A stretch of 64,000 nucleotides of DNA from Verrucomicrobiota bacterium (GCA_038209745.1 JBBQXJ010000009.1:10499-74498), one strand, 5' to 3'; shown: positions 1-9,535, counted from the first letter of the stretch. Made by a program: numbers and translations. Notes: generated by a model not told the origin, from the letters alone.

Positions 1-572
1 TGCCGGCCGCGCACTATCAATGCGGCGGCGTGCGGACGAACCTCGACGGCGAGACGGATCTTCCCGGTCTCTACGCCATCGGCGAGGTCGCCTGCACAGG
101 GCTGCACGGAGCGAACCGTCTCGCCAGCAACAGCCTGCTGGAGGGTCTCGTCTGCGCCCATCGCGCCGCCCTGCGAATCGCGGCGTTGTCCGCGAAACCT
201 TTCAAAGGAAGCATCCCCCTCTGGCAATCCGGCCACGCCAGCAATGCCGACGAATCGGTCGTGGTCTCGCACAACTGGGACGAGATCCGGCGTTTGATGT
301 GGGACTACGTGGGCATTGTCCGCACGAACAAGCGCCTCCAACGTGCGGCCAAGCGCATCGCCAATCTCCAGGAGGAGATCCAGGAATATTACTGGGACTT
401 CATCGTCACGGCCGATCTGCTGGAGCTGCGCAACATCGCGACCGTGGCCGCGCTGATCGTGGCCTGCGCGGCGAAGCGGCCGGAGAGCCGCGGCCTCCAC
501 TACAACCTCGACTACCCCGATCTGGATCCGGCCTGGGCCCAGAAGGACACGGCGATCCGGAGAGACTCCTGA
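1..572 (+). CDS. nadB: L-aspartate oxidase, C-terminal part (5'-truncated by window edge)
   Basis: Frame from base 3 reads [10 protein letters not shown]...[27 protein letters not shown]...ESRGLHY, the NadB motifs. Confidence 0.95.
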   Translation, partial: PAAHYQCGGVRTNLDGETDLPGLYAIGEVACTGLHGANRLASNSLLEGLVCAHRAALRIAALSAKPFKGSIPLWQSGHASNADESVVVSHNWDEIRRLMWDYVGIVRTNKRLQRAAKRIANLQEEIQEYYWDFIVTADLLELRNIATVAALIVACAAKRPESRGLHYNLDYPDLDPAWAQKDTAIRRDS

Positions 573-588
573 TTCCAACCGCCGCCGA

Positions 589-1485
589 TCATTTTTTGAG
601 GCGGCTGGTGGCCCGGTGCTGGATCCAGGATATGTCCTGGTTCCCCGGGGAGGGCTGGGGGCCCTTGTCGCAGAGATCCATGGTGCCGCGAGCGATCTTC
701 GGCATGGTGCGGTTGTCCTCCCAACGCTTGATCTCGGAGTGCCCATCGACGAACGAAAACCCGCCCGCGCGATGGTGGTAGGACGCCGGATAGTCGCAGG
801 TGAACCGCCATTTGCCGGGAGCTCTCGGGGAGAAGCCTTCCATGTCGGTGTAGTAGTTGCCCCAGTTGATCGAGTCCTCGCGCATGTCGAGGAACAGCCA
901 CGCTCCCGAAGGCGACGGATCGACGATGTCGGCGCGCTTCAGGAAGACCCGGTAGTTCGGATCCATATAGCTGGCATAGTCGCCACCGAAGCCCCCGATC
1001 CAGAGGTTCATGGAAATGCTGCGGACCCGCGGCTGCTCCGTTCCTTTCTTGGGACCGAAGGCGGGCGTGACGGTCGACCAATCGGCCGGGCAGCGGTAGA
1101 TCGCGGCATTGGGCGCGTAACGCCAGAGGAGACCAGGCTTGATGTCGATGTCGGGATTCCAGTTCGACTCCCGCAACCCGTCGTAGTCGATCTCGTTCAA
1201 CGACCAGACAAAAGGGTTCAGATCGGGCCGCGCCGGATCCCTGCTGGCGAACGGCACCCAGTCGCGGTTGTCGTCGACATACATGTTCCAGGCCATCATG
1301 AGCTGGCGGTGGTTGTTCATGCACTGGACGCTCTGGGCGCGCTGCTTCACCTTGGAGATCCCCGGCAGAAGCAATGAGGCCAGGACGGCGATGATGGCAA
1401 TGACCACCAACAGCTCCACCAGGGTGAATCCGGCCGACAGTTGCCTCCGTTGTTCGTCGCACGGATTGGAAGTCGAACGGAGCAT
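589..1485 (-). CDS. Prepilin-type N-terminal cleavage/methylation protein with H-X9-DG domain (PVC pseudopilin-like)
   Basis: GFTLVELLVVIAIIAVLASLLLP, C.NN.RQL, YRCPAD, and HHRAGGFSFVDGH (H-X9-DG). Confidence 0.9.
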   Translation of the reverse strand: MLRSTSNPCDEQRRQLSAGFTLVELLVVIAIIAVLASLLLPGISKVKQRAQSVQCMNNHRQLMMAWNMYVDDNRDWVPFASRDPARPDLNPFVWSLNEIDYDGLRESNWNPDIDIKPGLLWRYAPNAAIYRCPADWSTVTPAFGPKKGTEQPRVRSISMNLWIGGFGGDYASYMDPNYRVFLKRADIVDPSPSGAWLFLDMREDSINWGNYYTDMEGFSPRAPGKWRFTCDYPASYHHRAGGFSFVDGHSEIKRWEDNRTMPKIARGTMDLCDKGPQPSPGNQDISWIQHRATSRLKK

Positions 1486-1500
1486 GATAGCAAACTTGGT

Positions 1501-2016
1501 TCAGTAGTCGTAGAGACCACCGTCCCGCGAATACGCGCCGCCACCGCCGCCACCGCCTCTTTCTCCCTCGGGTCCTCCCATGAAGTCGCCGAGAAGATCG
1601 CCCATGTCCGCCTCGATCTTTTCCGGATCCTCGCCGGCTTCGAGTCGCTTGATGGCGATGTCCATTTCCTTGGGCATGGTCCCGGGCGGCATGACCTCTT
1701 TCATCTTCTTCATCATGTGGGCCATGTGGCGCGGGTTGTTCTCGTCGAGGTGCTCCATGTCGCGCTCGAGTTCCCCCATCACCTTCTCGATGCGGGGATC
1801 GTCCATGTCGGGCATCGGCGGACCGCCCATGTCGTCGCCGGCCGGGGCCGCTTTCGGCTCGGCCATCCCCTTGATCATGGCGAATCGGCTGATCTCCTTG
1901 GACAGCTTCTTGTTGCCGCACTTGGGACACGCCGGGACGTGGTCCGGGTTGATGCGCTTGGACAAGAAGCTGAAAATCTTGCGGCACTTCGGACAGGCAA
2001 ATTCGTAGATCGGCAT
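1501..2016 (-). CDS. FmdB-family zinc-ribbon protein with Met-rich helical extension
   Basis: Start placed at ATG 2016 (MPIYEFACPKC...CPKCG), two CxxC motifs; ends in Gly-rich ...YSRDGGLYDY. Confidence 0.85.
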   Translation of the reverse strand: MPIYEFACPKCRKIFSFLSKRINPDHVPACPKCGNKKLSKEISRFAMIKGMAEPKAAPAGDDMGGPPMPDMDDPRIEKVMGELERDMEHLDENNPRHMAHMMKKMKEVMPPGTMPKEMDIAIKRLEAGEDPEKIEADMGDLLGDFMGGPEGERGGGGGGGAYSRDGGLYDY

Positions 2017-2198
2017 CGTATGATGGTTTTGTCGGTTTCTTATGCTCCGGGCCGTGGGCGAGCGCAAGTGGCGGGAGGGTGTGCTTCCGGATGACCGGAT
2101 GGAAGGAGGGACCTGACGGAGGAGGCTTTCTTAACCCATCGGAACGTCCACGCGCGAGAACGCGAGTGGGCACCGACCCAGAGAGGGAAGAAGCCGGT

Positions 2199-2549
2199 TC
2201 AGCCTTCCGGCTGCACGGGTATGATCGTGGTTGCCCGAAGGTTTTGCGGGACGTGCAGCCGGAAGAACCGCTGCGGTGCTCCGGCACCGACCGTAATGGC
2301 CACGTTGAACCGGCCCGAGCCGTCGAACCTGCCGCTGGATCCGACCGACCAAGAGGCCATCGTCGACATGGAAGCGAGGCCGCGGACCAAAACGACGGAG
2401 CCACCCTCGATGCGAAGCGTGTCGTCCGTCGCCAGAGTGGACGTGACCCAGTCGAGGCCGGCAACGGGAAAGGTCGGGTTGCTCGCGGCCAGGCTTTCCG
2501 AGCAGCTACCGGCATTGGCAGTGATACCAACCCAGAGCAAGCAGCACAC
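2199..2549 (-). CDS. Small putative secreted protein with a verrucomicrobial 'QRFFRL' C-terminal-type motif (possibly frameshifted at the 5' end)
   Basis: Hydrophobic N-terminus VCCLLWVGITANA; QRFFRLHV near the C-terminus; fills the gap between panC and the FmdB gene. Confidence 0.45.
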   Translation of the reverse strand: MCCLLWVGITANAGSCSESLAASNPTFPVAGLDWVTSTLATDDTLRIEGGSVVLVRGLASMSTMASWSVGSSGRFDGSGRFNVAITVGAGAPQRFFRLHVPQNLRATTIIPVQPEG

Positions 2550-2632
2550 TTTTTTGACGGATTCTCATGGAGATGGGTCGGGGTAGAACACCGGGAAAAT
2601 GTCCACCCCGGCCATCCAAAGTCCGGCCCGGC

Positions 2633-3493
2633 CTACAACCGCGCGTTGTCGATCAGACGCGTCTCTCCGAAGAACACCGCCAGCGCGATCTGCATACCCG
2701 GGCGCACCCGCGTGCCACGCTGGAACGTCTCGGGATCGAAGAACTCCACGTAGTCCAGCCGGCCAGTCGAATGCCCAGCAACGAACTTCTCAACGCGCTT
2801 CCTCAGGCTTGCGGCAGTCATGGGTTTCGCCGCGACCCAATCCGACGCCTGCTGGAGGGCACGATGGAGGACCACGGCTTCGGCGCGTTGCGACAGGGTC
2901 AGGTATCGATTCCGCGAACTGAGAGCCAAGCCGTCGGACTCACGCGCTGTCGGGGCGACGACCAGTGCCACCGGGAAGTTCAAATCCTGCATCATCCGCC
3001 GGACCACCGCAGCCTGCTGCCAATCCTTGGCGCCAAAGACGGCGACGTCCGGGAGGACAAGATTGAAGAGCTTCGCGACGACCGTTGTGACCCCTCTGAA
3101 ATGGGTCGGGCGGGAACTGCCCTCCATTCCCTGTGAGAGGAATTCCTCGACGACGTAGGTGCTGTAACGGCCCTCCGCTTTGCCTGGATACATTTCGGTG
3201 TCGGTCGGCAAAAAGACGGCATCGACCCCCGCCTCGCGGCAAAGTCGGCGGTCCCGGGCGAGGTCCCGTGGATAACTCGAAAGATCCTCGGCCGGACCAA
3301 ACTGAGTCGGGTTCACATAGATGCTGAGAACCACGACACCGGCGCGCCCCACCCGGCGACGGGCCTCATGCACCAGGCCGAGATGGCCGGAATGCAGATA
3401 GCCCATGGTGGGAACGAACCCGACCTTGCGGCCGGCCCGCTTCCACAAGAGAGCCTGCCGCTGCATGGCGGCTGTCGAAAGGATGATGCGCAC
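2633..3493 (-). CDS. panC: Pantoate--beta-alanine ligase
   Basis: FVPTMGYLHSGH, SIYVNPTQF, RPTHFRGVTTVV, FGAKDWQQ, DGLALSSRN, RLIDN. Confidence 0.97.
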   Translation of the reverse strand: MRIILSTAAMQRQALLWKRAGRKVGFVPTMGYLHSGHLGLVHEARRRVGRAGVVVLSIYVNPTQFGPAEDLSSYPRDLARDRRLCREAGVDAVFLPTDTEMYPGKAEGRYSTYVVEEFLSQGMEGSSRPTHFRGVTTVVAKLFNLVLPDVAVFGAKDWQQAAVVRRMMQDLNFPVALVVAPTARESDGLALSSRNRYLTLSQRAEAVVLHRALQQASDWVAAKPMTAASLRKRVEKFVAGHSTGRLDYVEFFDPETFQRGTRVRPGMQIALAVFFGETRLIDNARL

Positions 3494-3590
3494 AGGAGAA
3501 CGGTTTCAAACGAGGAGCTTCCCCGTCAATGAATGGCAGGATCCGGGACTTCTTTGACGGCCAGAACAGATCGGGTCGCACCCCTCCGGA

Positions 3591-4595
3591 TCAGAGCTGC
3601 CGGAGGAACTTCAGGTTGTTCTCGTAGAAGAGGCGGATGTCGTTGATGCCGCAGCGGAGCATGGCGATGCGCTCCACGCCGAACCCGAAGGCCCAGCCGC
3701 TCCAGACTTCCGGATCGTAGCCGACATTCTCGAACACCTGCGGATGCACCATGCCGCAGCCGGCGATCTCCAGCCATTCCTTGCCCATCTTCTTCACCAG
3801 AGCGTTCTGGAAATCGATCTCCAAACTCGGCTCGGTGTAGCTGAAATAGTGGGGACGAAAACGAATCCTGGTGTCGGAGCCCATGAGCTCCTTGAAAACG
3901 AATTCGACGGTGCCCTTCAGGTCGCCCACGGTGACGTTCTTGTCCACGTAGAGGCCCTCGATCTGGTTGAAGGTCGGATTGTGCGTGGCGTCGGCGTTGT
4001 CGCGGCGGAAGACGCGGCCGGGAACAACGATGCGGATCGGCGGCGGCTGGGACTTCATCACGCGGATCTGCACGGAGGAAGTGTGCGTGCGTAGCAGAGG
4101 CCGCTTGGGCGTATCGACGTAGAACGTGTCCTGGGTGTCGCGGGCCGGATGGTCGGCGGGGGTGTTGAGGGCGTCGAAGCAGTGATATTCGTCCTCGATC
4201 TCCGGCCCGTCGGCGACGGCGAAACCGAGCTTCCTAAAAGCGCGGACGATATCCTCCACCGTCTGGGTCAGCGGGTGGAGCTTGCCGACCAAGCGGCGCC
4301 GGCCGGGCAGCGTGAAATCGTTCGCCTCCTTCGGCATGGCAGCCTTGAGCTCCAGTTCCCCGCGACGCTCGGCAAGCTTCGCTTCAAGCTCGGCCTTGGC
4401 CACATTGATGAGCTTGCCGGCGGCGGGCTTTTCTTCCCTGGGCAAGGTGCCCAGCTGCTTGAGCAACACGGTGAACCTCCCGTTGCCGCCAAGAAAGGCG
4501 ATCTTCACCTGCTCCAATGCCCCAAGATCCGTGGCAGCGCTAAACTCGGTCAAGGCGGCCTGCTTCAAGGGCTCGATCTGGTCCAAAATCGTCAT
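3591..4595 (-). CDS. pheS: Phenylalanine--tRNA ligase alpha subunit
   Basis: HPARDTQDTF, LRTHTSSVQ, FRRD..DATHNPTFNQIEG, EIAGCGMVHP, AFGFGVERIAM; start set at ATG 4595. Confidence 0.97.
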   Translation of the reverse strand: MTILDQIEPLKQAALTEFSAATDLGALEQVKIAFLGGNGRFTVLLKQLGTLPREEKPAAGKLINVAKAELEAKLAERRGELELKAAMPKEANDFTLPGRRRLVGKLHPLTQTVEDIVRAFRKLGFAVADGPEIEDEYHCFDALNTPADHPARDTQDTFYVDTPKRPLLRTHTSSVQIRVMKSQPPPIRIVVPGRVFRRDNADATHNPTFNQIEGLYVDKNVTVGDLKGTVEFVFKELMGSDTRIRFRPHYFSYTEPSLEIDFQNALVKKMGKEWLEIAGCGMVHPQVFENVGYDPEVWSGWAFGFGVERIAMLRCGINDIRLFYENNLKFLRQL

Positions 4596-4744
4596 ATCCG
4601 TAGGCGGGAGAACGTAGGAAACGGCCGGAACGATGGATAGAGAAAAGGAGGATCCCGGTTCCGAAAAATAAGCCCTTGGCCCGGCTCCTTGCTCAACCGC
4701 CCCTGCCCCGGTCCAACCCGTCTCCAAGGATCCAGAAAGGAGAA

Positions 4745-4770
4745 AAGGCAGCCCGAAAACGGGCTGCCTT
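4745..4770 (-). terminator. Intrinsic terminator after rplT
   Basis: 11-bp perfect stem AAGGCAGCCCG/CGGGCTGCCTT with 4-nt loop, ending in a T-rich tail on the minus strand. Confidence 0.8.
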
Positions 4771-4793
4771 CTTCGAACCGTTGAGCGGACAGC

Positions 4794-5174
4794 CTAGGCC
4801 TTGACCGCTGCGGCCGTCTTGGACACGAGCGCGTTCTTCGCGATGGTGACGAGCTCGGAAAATGCGGCTGCGTCCTGCGCGGCCAGATCGGCGATGATTT
4901 TGCGATCCAAGCCTATGCTGGCGGCCTTCATGCCTTCCATGAAACGGCTGTAGGTCATGCCGGCAGCACGGGCAGCGGCATTGATGCGGATCTGCCAAAG
5001 ATAGCGGAAGGTGCGCTTCTTCACCTTACGATCACGGTAGGCATACTGCAGGCCGTGGTCGACGGCGTCTGCGGCGTAGCGGTAGAGCTTGGACCGGCGC
5101 ATCCGGTAGCCCTTGGCCGCGTTCAGCACTCTCTTACGGCGGGCCCGCGAGGCGGGAGAATTGGTAACACGCAT
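4794..5174 (-). CDS. rplT: 50S ribosomal protein L20
   Basis: AKGY...YAYRDRKVKKRTFRYLWQIRINAAAR...LDRK. Confidence 0.98.
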   Translation of the reverse strand: MRVTNSPASRARRKRVLNAAKGYRMRRSKLYRYAADAVDHGLQYAYRDRKVKKRTFRYLWQIRINAAARAAGMTYSRFMEGMKAASIGLDRKIIADLAAQDAAAFSELVTIAKNALVSKTAAAVKA

Positions 5175-5211
5175 AGGTCAGTAGCAGTCAGGGTGTGGAA
5201 TCAGCTTCGGC

Positions 5212-5421
5212 TCAGCGGGTGAACGGCAAGCACTGGAGGACCTTATAGACATCGGTCTTGTCCACGAGCACCCGGCTGCCGAGTCTACGGCGGCGTTTGG
5301 AGCTCTTGCCTTGGAGCAAATGACGCCGTCCAGCCATGGAACGGAGCACTTTGCCGGTGCCGGTAATCTTGAACCGCTTGGCCACCGACTTCTTGGTTTT
5401 GATGCCTTTCGGACGTCGCAT
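5212..5421 (-). CDS. rpmI: 50S ribosomal protein L35
   Basis: KTKKSVAKRFKITGTGKV...HLL..KSSKRRRRL; directly upstream of rplT; ATG 5421. Confidence 0.96.
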   Translation of the reverse strand: MRRPKGIKTKKSVAKRFKITGTGKVLRSMAGRRHLLQGKSSKRRRRLGSRVLVDKTDVYKVLQCLPFTR

Positions 5422-5453
5422 AAAATTTGGCCTTTGTTTGAAAAGGAGCGCGG

Positions 5454-5482
5454 AATCTAGCAATCACCCCAATCGAGTGCAA
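5454..5482 (-). promoter_or_regulatory. Sigma70-type promoter for rpmI-rplT
   Basis: Minus strand TTGCAC-N17-TAGATT with an extended -10 TG, about 33 nt upstream of rpmI. Confidence 0.65.
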
Positions 5483-5712
5483 GGGGGATTTGGAAAACTA
5501 TTGGAGAAAGGCCTGCACGATCGATTGTTCTCCACCGTCCCTGCCGAAAGGAGGCTTAAATCCGCAAACCGTAGTCCAGCCGGTCAAACGTCACGATCTC
5601 GCACACGCTTCGACCTAGACCGCACGCGGCCCAATCAAGGGCTTGCACCATGCTCCGGCAAACCTATGGTTGGACAGCGGAATGTTCCGCTTGGAATCCC
5701 GACGACGCAGCT

Positions 5713-6984
5713 ATGAGCGAAACCCACAAGGTCTATTACTTCGACAACAACGCCACCACCCGGGTCGCTCCCGAGGTCGTGGACGCCATGATCCCGTTCC
5801 TCCGCGAAATGTGGGGCAATCCTTCCAGCGCCTATGCGTTCGGAGCCCAGGTGCACGGACATGTCGAAGCGGCCCGCGAACTGGTCGCCGCGCTGATCAA
5901 CGCCGATCCCAAGGAGATCATCTTCACCAGTTGCGGCACCGAATCGAACAACTCCGCGATCCACAGCGCCCTTCTGACGAACCCCGCCAAGAGGCACGTC
6001 ATCACCACGGCCGTGGAACATTCGGCCAACATCAATTTCGGCGAATACCTCGAAAAACGCGGTTATGAGGTCACCTACCTCCCGGTGGATTCGGACGGCC
6101 ATCTCGATCTTGGGCTGCTCGACAAGTCGATCCGACCGGACACCGCGATTGTTTCCATCATGTGGGCCAACAACGAGACGGGCGTCATCTTCCCCATCGA
6201 AGAAATCGCGGCCATCTGCCGGAGCAAGGGCGTCCTCTGCCACACCGACGCGGTCCAGACACCCGGCAAGCTCAAGATCGATGTCCGGGCGTTGGGAGTG
6301 GATTTCCTGAGCCTGTCCGCCCACAAGCTTAATGCTCCCAAGGGGATCGGCCTGCTCTACGTCAAGCGCCGGACCAAATATCAACCCTACGTCATCGGCG
6401 GCCATCAAGAGCGCGGGAAACGTGGTGGCACCGAGAACGTGGCCAACATCGTGGGGTTCGGTCGGGCGGCCCAGATCGCGCTGGCCACCCTCGACGATGA
6501 AAACATCCGCGTCCGCGCTCTGCGCGACAAACTGGAGAACTTCATCCTCGCCAATATTCCCAATACCATCCGCAACGGAGCCAAAGAACCCCGGCTGCCG
6601 AACACGACCAACATCTGCTTCGAGTTCGTGGAAGCCGAAGCGATTCTCCTCCTTCTGGACAAAGCCGGCATCTGCGCCAGTTCCGGTTCGGCCTGCACCA
6701 CCGGATCGCTGGACCCTTCCCATGTGCTCAGCGCCATGGGCATTTCGCCGATGCGCGCACGCGGTTCGGTTCGCTTCAGCCTGGGGATCTACAACACGGA
6801 TGAAGACGTCGACCACGTGATCAAGACGCTGCCCCCGATCATCGCGAGATTGCGCGCCATTTCGCCGTTGAACCCGACCCACCCCGACAACGATCAATAC
6901 GACATCGGGGCGGCCCGGGTGAAACACGAGAAGGACCTCGCCGAAGCCCTTGCCCAGGAAGAAACCACTCCGGTGGGCGCCTGA
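5713..6984 (+). CDS. nifS: Cysteine desulfurase (NifS/IscS type)
   Basis: YFDNNATT, FTSCGTE, VEH, NNETG, HTDAVQ, SAHK (PLP lysine), SSGSACT (catalytic Cys). Confidence 0.93.
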   Translation: MSETHKVYYFDNNATTRVAPEVVDAMIPFLREMWGNPSSAYAFGAQVHGHVEAARELVAALINADPKEIIFTSCGTESNNSAIHSALLTNPAKRHVITTAVEHSANINFGEYLEKRGYEVTYLPVDSDGHLDLGLLDKSIRPDTAIVSIMWANNETGVIFPIEEIAAICRSKGVLCHTDAVQTPGKLKIDVRALGVDFLSLSAHKLNAPKGIGLLYVKRRTKYQPYVIGGHQERGKRGGTENVANIVGFGRAAQIALATLDDENIRVRALRDKLENFILANIPNTIRNGAKEPRLPNTTNICFEFVEAEAILLLLDKAGICASSGSACTTGSLDPSHVLSAMGISPMRARGSVRFSLGIYNTDEDVDHVIKTLPPIIARLRAISPLNPTHPDNDQYDIGAARVKHEKDLAEALAQEETTPVGA

Positions 6985-7004
6985 TCGAATCCGTATTTGC
7001 CATC

Positions 7005-7850
7005 ATGCCTGAATTTCCCACCGCCCCATCCACCCTTTTGGATCCGCCGGCCAAGACCGGAGTTGAATCCGGCTCCGACCGCACCTACAACTCCCGGCCT
7101 GACATGAAATTACCGACTTTGGAAGGCCGCCTATCGCTGAGGGAGCGGCCTCAGGAGAGCCCAAAGCTGATCCAGCACTGCCACGATATTCTGTGGATGC
7201 ACTGGTCCTGCCCCGTGGAAACCGTGCAGGCAGCGCTTCCTCCCGGCCTCCATGTGGACACTTACAAGGACAAGGCCTTTGTCGGCATCGTGCCCCAGCG
7301 CGTGACCGGGCTGCGGCTGGGCTGGGCCCCGCCGATTCCGTTCATGTCCTCCGGCATCGAGCTGAGCGTCCGCACCTACGTGCATGACGACCAGGGCCGG
7401 CCCGGCATCTGGTTCTTCTCCATCGACACGAACAATTCGCTCGCCGTTACCGCCGGGCGATCCCGGTTCAAGCTGAACTACCAGCCGGCGATCACGGACT
7501 TCCACCGGATCGGCAAGAAACTGACCTACATGGCCATTCGCAAAGGCGAGCAGCAGCAGGAGAAGATCTTCTTCCGGATCCGTGACGACATCCCCGCTCC
7601 GGCCGAGGATTCGTTGGAGTTCTTCCTGACCGAGCGCTACCTGCTCTTCACTTCGAACCGGAAGCGGCAGCAGCTCTTCGCGGCCCAGTTCCACCACAAG
7701 CCCTTCGCCTACGCCAAACCCGACGTGGGCGACTGGCAGCAGGCCCCGTTTCGCTGGAACGGCTCGACTCCCTTCGCGAAACCGCCGACCAACGTGTTGT
7801 ATTCAACCGGTGGTAAAGTGGAGTTCTTCCCGCTCAAGCAGGTTTCCTGA
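7005..7850 (+). CDS. DUF2071/YqjF-family protein
   Basis: HW...LPPGLHVD, VRTYV....PGIWFFSID, FFLTERY, HH.P; start uncertain (alternative ATG 7104). Confidence 0.8.
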   Translation: MPEFPTAPSTLLDPPAKTGVESGSDRTYNSRPDMKLPTLEGRLSLRERPQESPKLIQHCHDILWMHWSCPVETVQAALPPGLHVDTYKDKAFVGIVPQRVTGLRLGWAPPIPFMSSGIELSVRTYVHDDQGRPGIWFFSIDTNNSLAVTAGRSRFKLNYQPAITDFHRIGKKLTYMAIRKGEQQQEKIFFRIRDDIPAPAEDSLEFFLTERYLLFTSNRKRQQLFAAQFHHKPFAYAKPDVGDWQQAPFRWNGSTPFAKPPTNVLYSTGGKVEFFPLKQVS

Positions 7851-7872
7851 TCCTTCAGCCCCTTGCACCATG

Positions 7873-7910
7873 AAAACGCTCAGCCGGAGAACCCGGCTGG
7901 GCGTTTCTCT
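7873..7910. terminator. Bidirectional terminator between the convergent DUF2071 gene and hisD
   Basis: 14-bp stem AAACGCTCAGCCGG/CCGGCTGGGCGTTT (one G-U pair), A-run on the left and T-rich on the right. Confidence 0.7.
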
Positions 7911-7940
7911 TGATCCCGATTGGAGCCCAACACCGACCGA

Positions 7941-9239
7941 CTACCGTTTCGGGATCCGAATCTGGGCCGAATGGCCATGGGCTTCGAGGCCCTCGAGCTC
8001 GGCGAACTTCCGCACCGCCGGCAACGCCTTCTTCAAAGCCCCGGCCCCATACTCCACCACGCTCGTCCTTCGTTGGAACTGGTCCACCGTCAGGCCCGCG
8101 AACGAACGCCCCGCCCCGCCTGTCGGCAATGTGTGGCTCGGTCCCGCCACGTAGTCCCCCAGCACCGTCGGCGACTGGTTCCCCAAGAAGATCGCCCCCG
8201 CCGTCACGATCCTCTCCGACAGCTTCCTCGCCCCCTTCGTCATCACTTCGCAATGTTCGGGCGCGAGCCGGTTCGCCACCGCAACGCCCTGCGCCAAGTC
8301 CTTCACTTGGATCAACCAGCCGTTGTTCTGGAGCGCCTTCTCGATGTAGTCGCGCCGTGTCCGTTCCGGCAACTGCTTGGCGATCTCCTTTTCCACCGCC
8401 TTCAGCAGCTTGGCCGAGGGCGTCAGCAACCAGACCCGTTCATGGCCCGAGCCGTGTTCCGCCTGCGCCAGCAGATCCGCCGCGATGAAGGCCGGATCGG
8501 CCGAGTCGTCCGCCAACACCAGCACCTCGCTGGGACCGGGTAGAAGATCGATAGACACATGTCCGAACAGGAGTCGTTTAGCCGCCACCACGTAGGCGTT
8601 CCCCGGACCGAAAATTTTCTGCACCGGACGAATGGTCTCGGTGCCGAAAGCCATGGCCGTGATGGCCTGCGCCCCGCCCACCCGATAAATCTCCGTCGCC
8701 CCCGCCGCCCGCACCGCGAAGAGCAGCGCCGGATTGATCCCTCCGTCCTTCCCGCACGGCGTGCAGACCACGATCTCCCGGCAACCCGCCACCCGTGCCA
8801 ACGTGATGGTCATCAGCGCCGTCGATGCCAGCGGCGCCGTGCCGCCGGGGATGTAGAGGCCCACGCGTTGGAAGGCGTCGAATTTTTCCCCGACCGTCGC
8901 GCCGTGGCTGTTCTTCATGGACCAACCCCGACGCAGACTCCGCCGGGCAAACTGGGCGATGTTTCGCCCCGCATCGACCACCGCAGCACGGAACGCCGCG
9001 TCCGCTTTGAGCGATGCGGTCAGAAGTTCGGCCTGAGTCACGGCGAACCGCTCCGGAGTGAGGATCGCCCCGTCGAACTTCGCCGTGAACTCAGCCAAGG
9101 CCGCGTCGCCCCGCTCCTTCACTGCTCCGACTATGGCGCGGGTGCCTTCGTCGATCACGGGATCGAACAGACTGGAATCGGCCGCCAGAGTTTCGACCTT
9201 CGCGGTGAACCCGTCGTCGTTGTGGCGCAGAATCTTCAT
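7941..9239 (-). CDS. hisD: Histidinol dehydrogenase
   Basis: VGLYIPGG, GGAQAI, GPGNAYV.AAK, PGPSEV, DLLAQAEH, APEH, GDYVAGPSHTLPT; ATG 9239. Confidence 0.97.
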   Translation of the reverse strand: MKILRHNDDGFTAKVETLAADSSLFDPVIDEGTRAIVGAVKERGDAALAEFTAKFDGAILTPERFAVTQAELLTASLKADAAFRAAVVDAGRNIAQFARRSLRRGWSMKNSHGATVGEKFDAFQRVGLYIPGGTAPLASTALMTITLARVAGCREIVVCTPCGKDGGINPALLFAVRAAGATEIYRVGGAQAITAMAFGTETIRPVQKIFGPGNAYVVAAKRLLFGHVSIDLLPGPSEVLVLADDSADPAFIAADLLAQAEHGSGHERVWLLTPSAKLLKAVEKEIAKQLPERTRRDYIEKALQNNGWLIQVKDLAQGVAVANRLAPEHCEVMTKGARKLSERIVTAGAIFLGNQSPTVLGDYVAGPSHTLPTGGAGRSFAGLTVDQFQRRTSVVEYGAGALKKALPAVRKFAELEGLEAHGHSAQIRIPKR

Positions 9240-9310
9240 CAGGCCCCAGACGCTAGCGGATGGATGTCCGTAGACAAGACGGAGATGAACGGGAGGCTCG
9301 CAGAAAGAAA

Positions 9311-9392
9311 GGAGCGCGGAAGGCCGCGTATTTCTGAACCAGGTTTCCTTTCCCCCTCGGGCTGACCTCGCGGACGTGGCCGTCCGCGCTCC
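9311..9392. repeat. Inverted pair of GGAG-type REP-like palindromes
   Basis: 9311-9329 and 9374-9392 are reverse complements (17/19); the right copy holds a perfect 8-bp stem CGCGGACG/CGTCCGCG preceded by GGAG on the minus strand. Confidence 0.65.
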
Positions 9393-9433
9393 GAGCATCC
9401 CGTTATCAACGCCCCTTCAAGGAGTCTCCAACG

Positions 9434-9535
9434 TCACGAACTGTCCCCGGCCCACAGCCGCGCCGTGGTGCCATCGTGGCCGGAAAAATGACGATGGATC
9501 TGCCCCGGGACGCACTCGTCCGGCAGGATTCTCAT
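9434..9535 (-). pseudogene. Truncated DUF5615 (VapC45-like PIN) toxin remnant
   Basis: MRILPDECVPGQIHRHFSGHDGTTA then stop at codon 34; resembles the MRILLDE.VP...GHD N-terminus of DUF5615; ATGA overlap with the DUF433 stop. Confidence 0.7.

Noticed and set aside
5502..5518. GG-N10-GC element upstream of nifS as a sigma54/nif-type promoter
   Set aside because: Poor -24 match; a closer sigma70-like TTGCAC-N16-TATGGT exists; no nif genes
5642..7872. Identical 11-mer CTTGCACCATG flanking nifS-DUF2071, resembling a target-site duplication
   Set aside because: 11-mer matches are expected by chance in 64 kb; no mobility gene; the left copy overlaps a plausible -35 box
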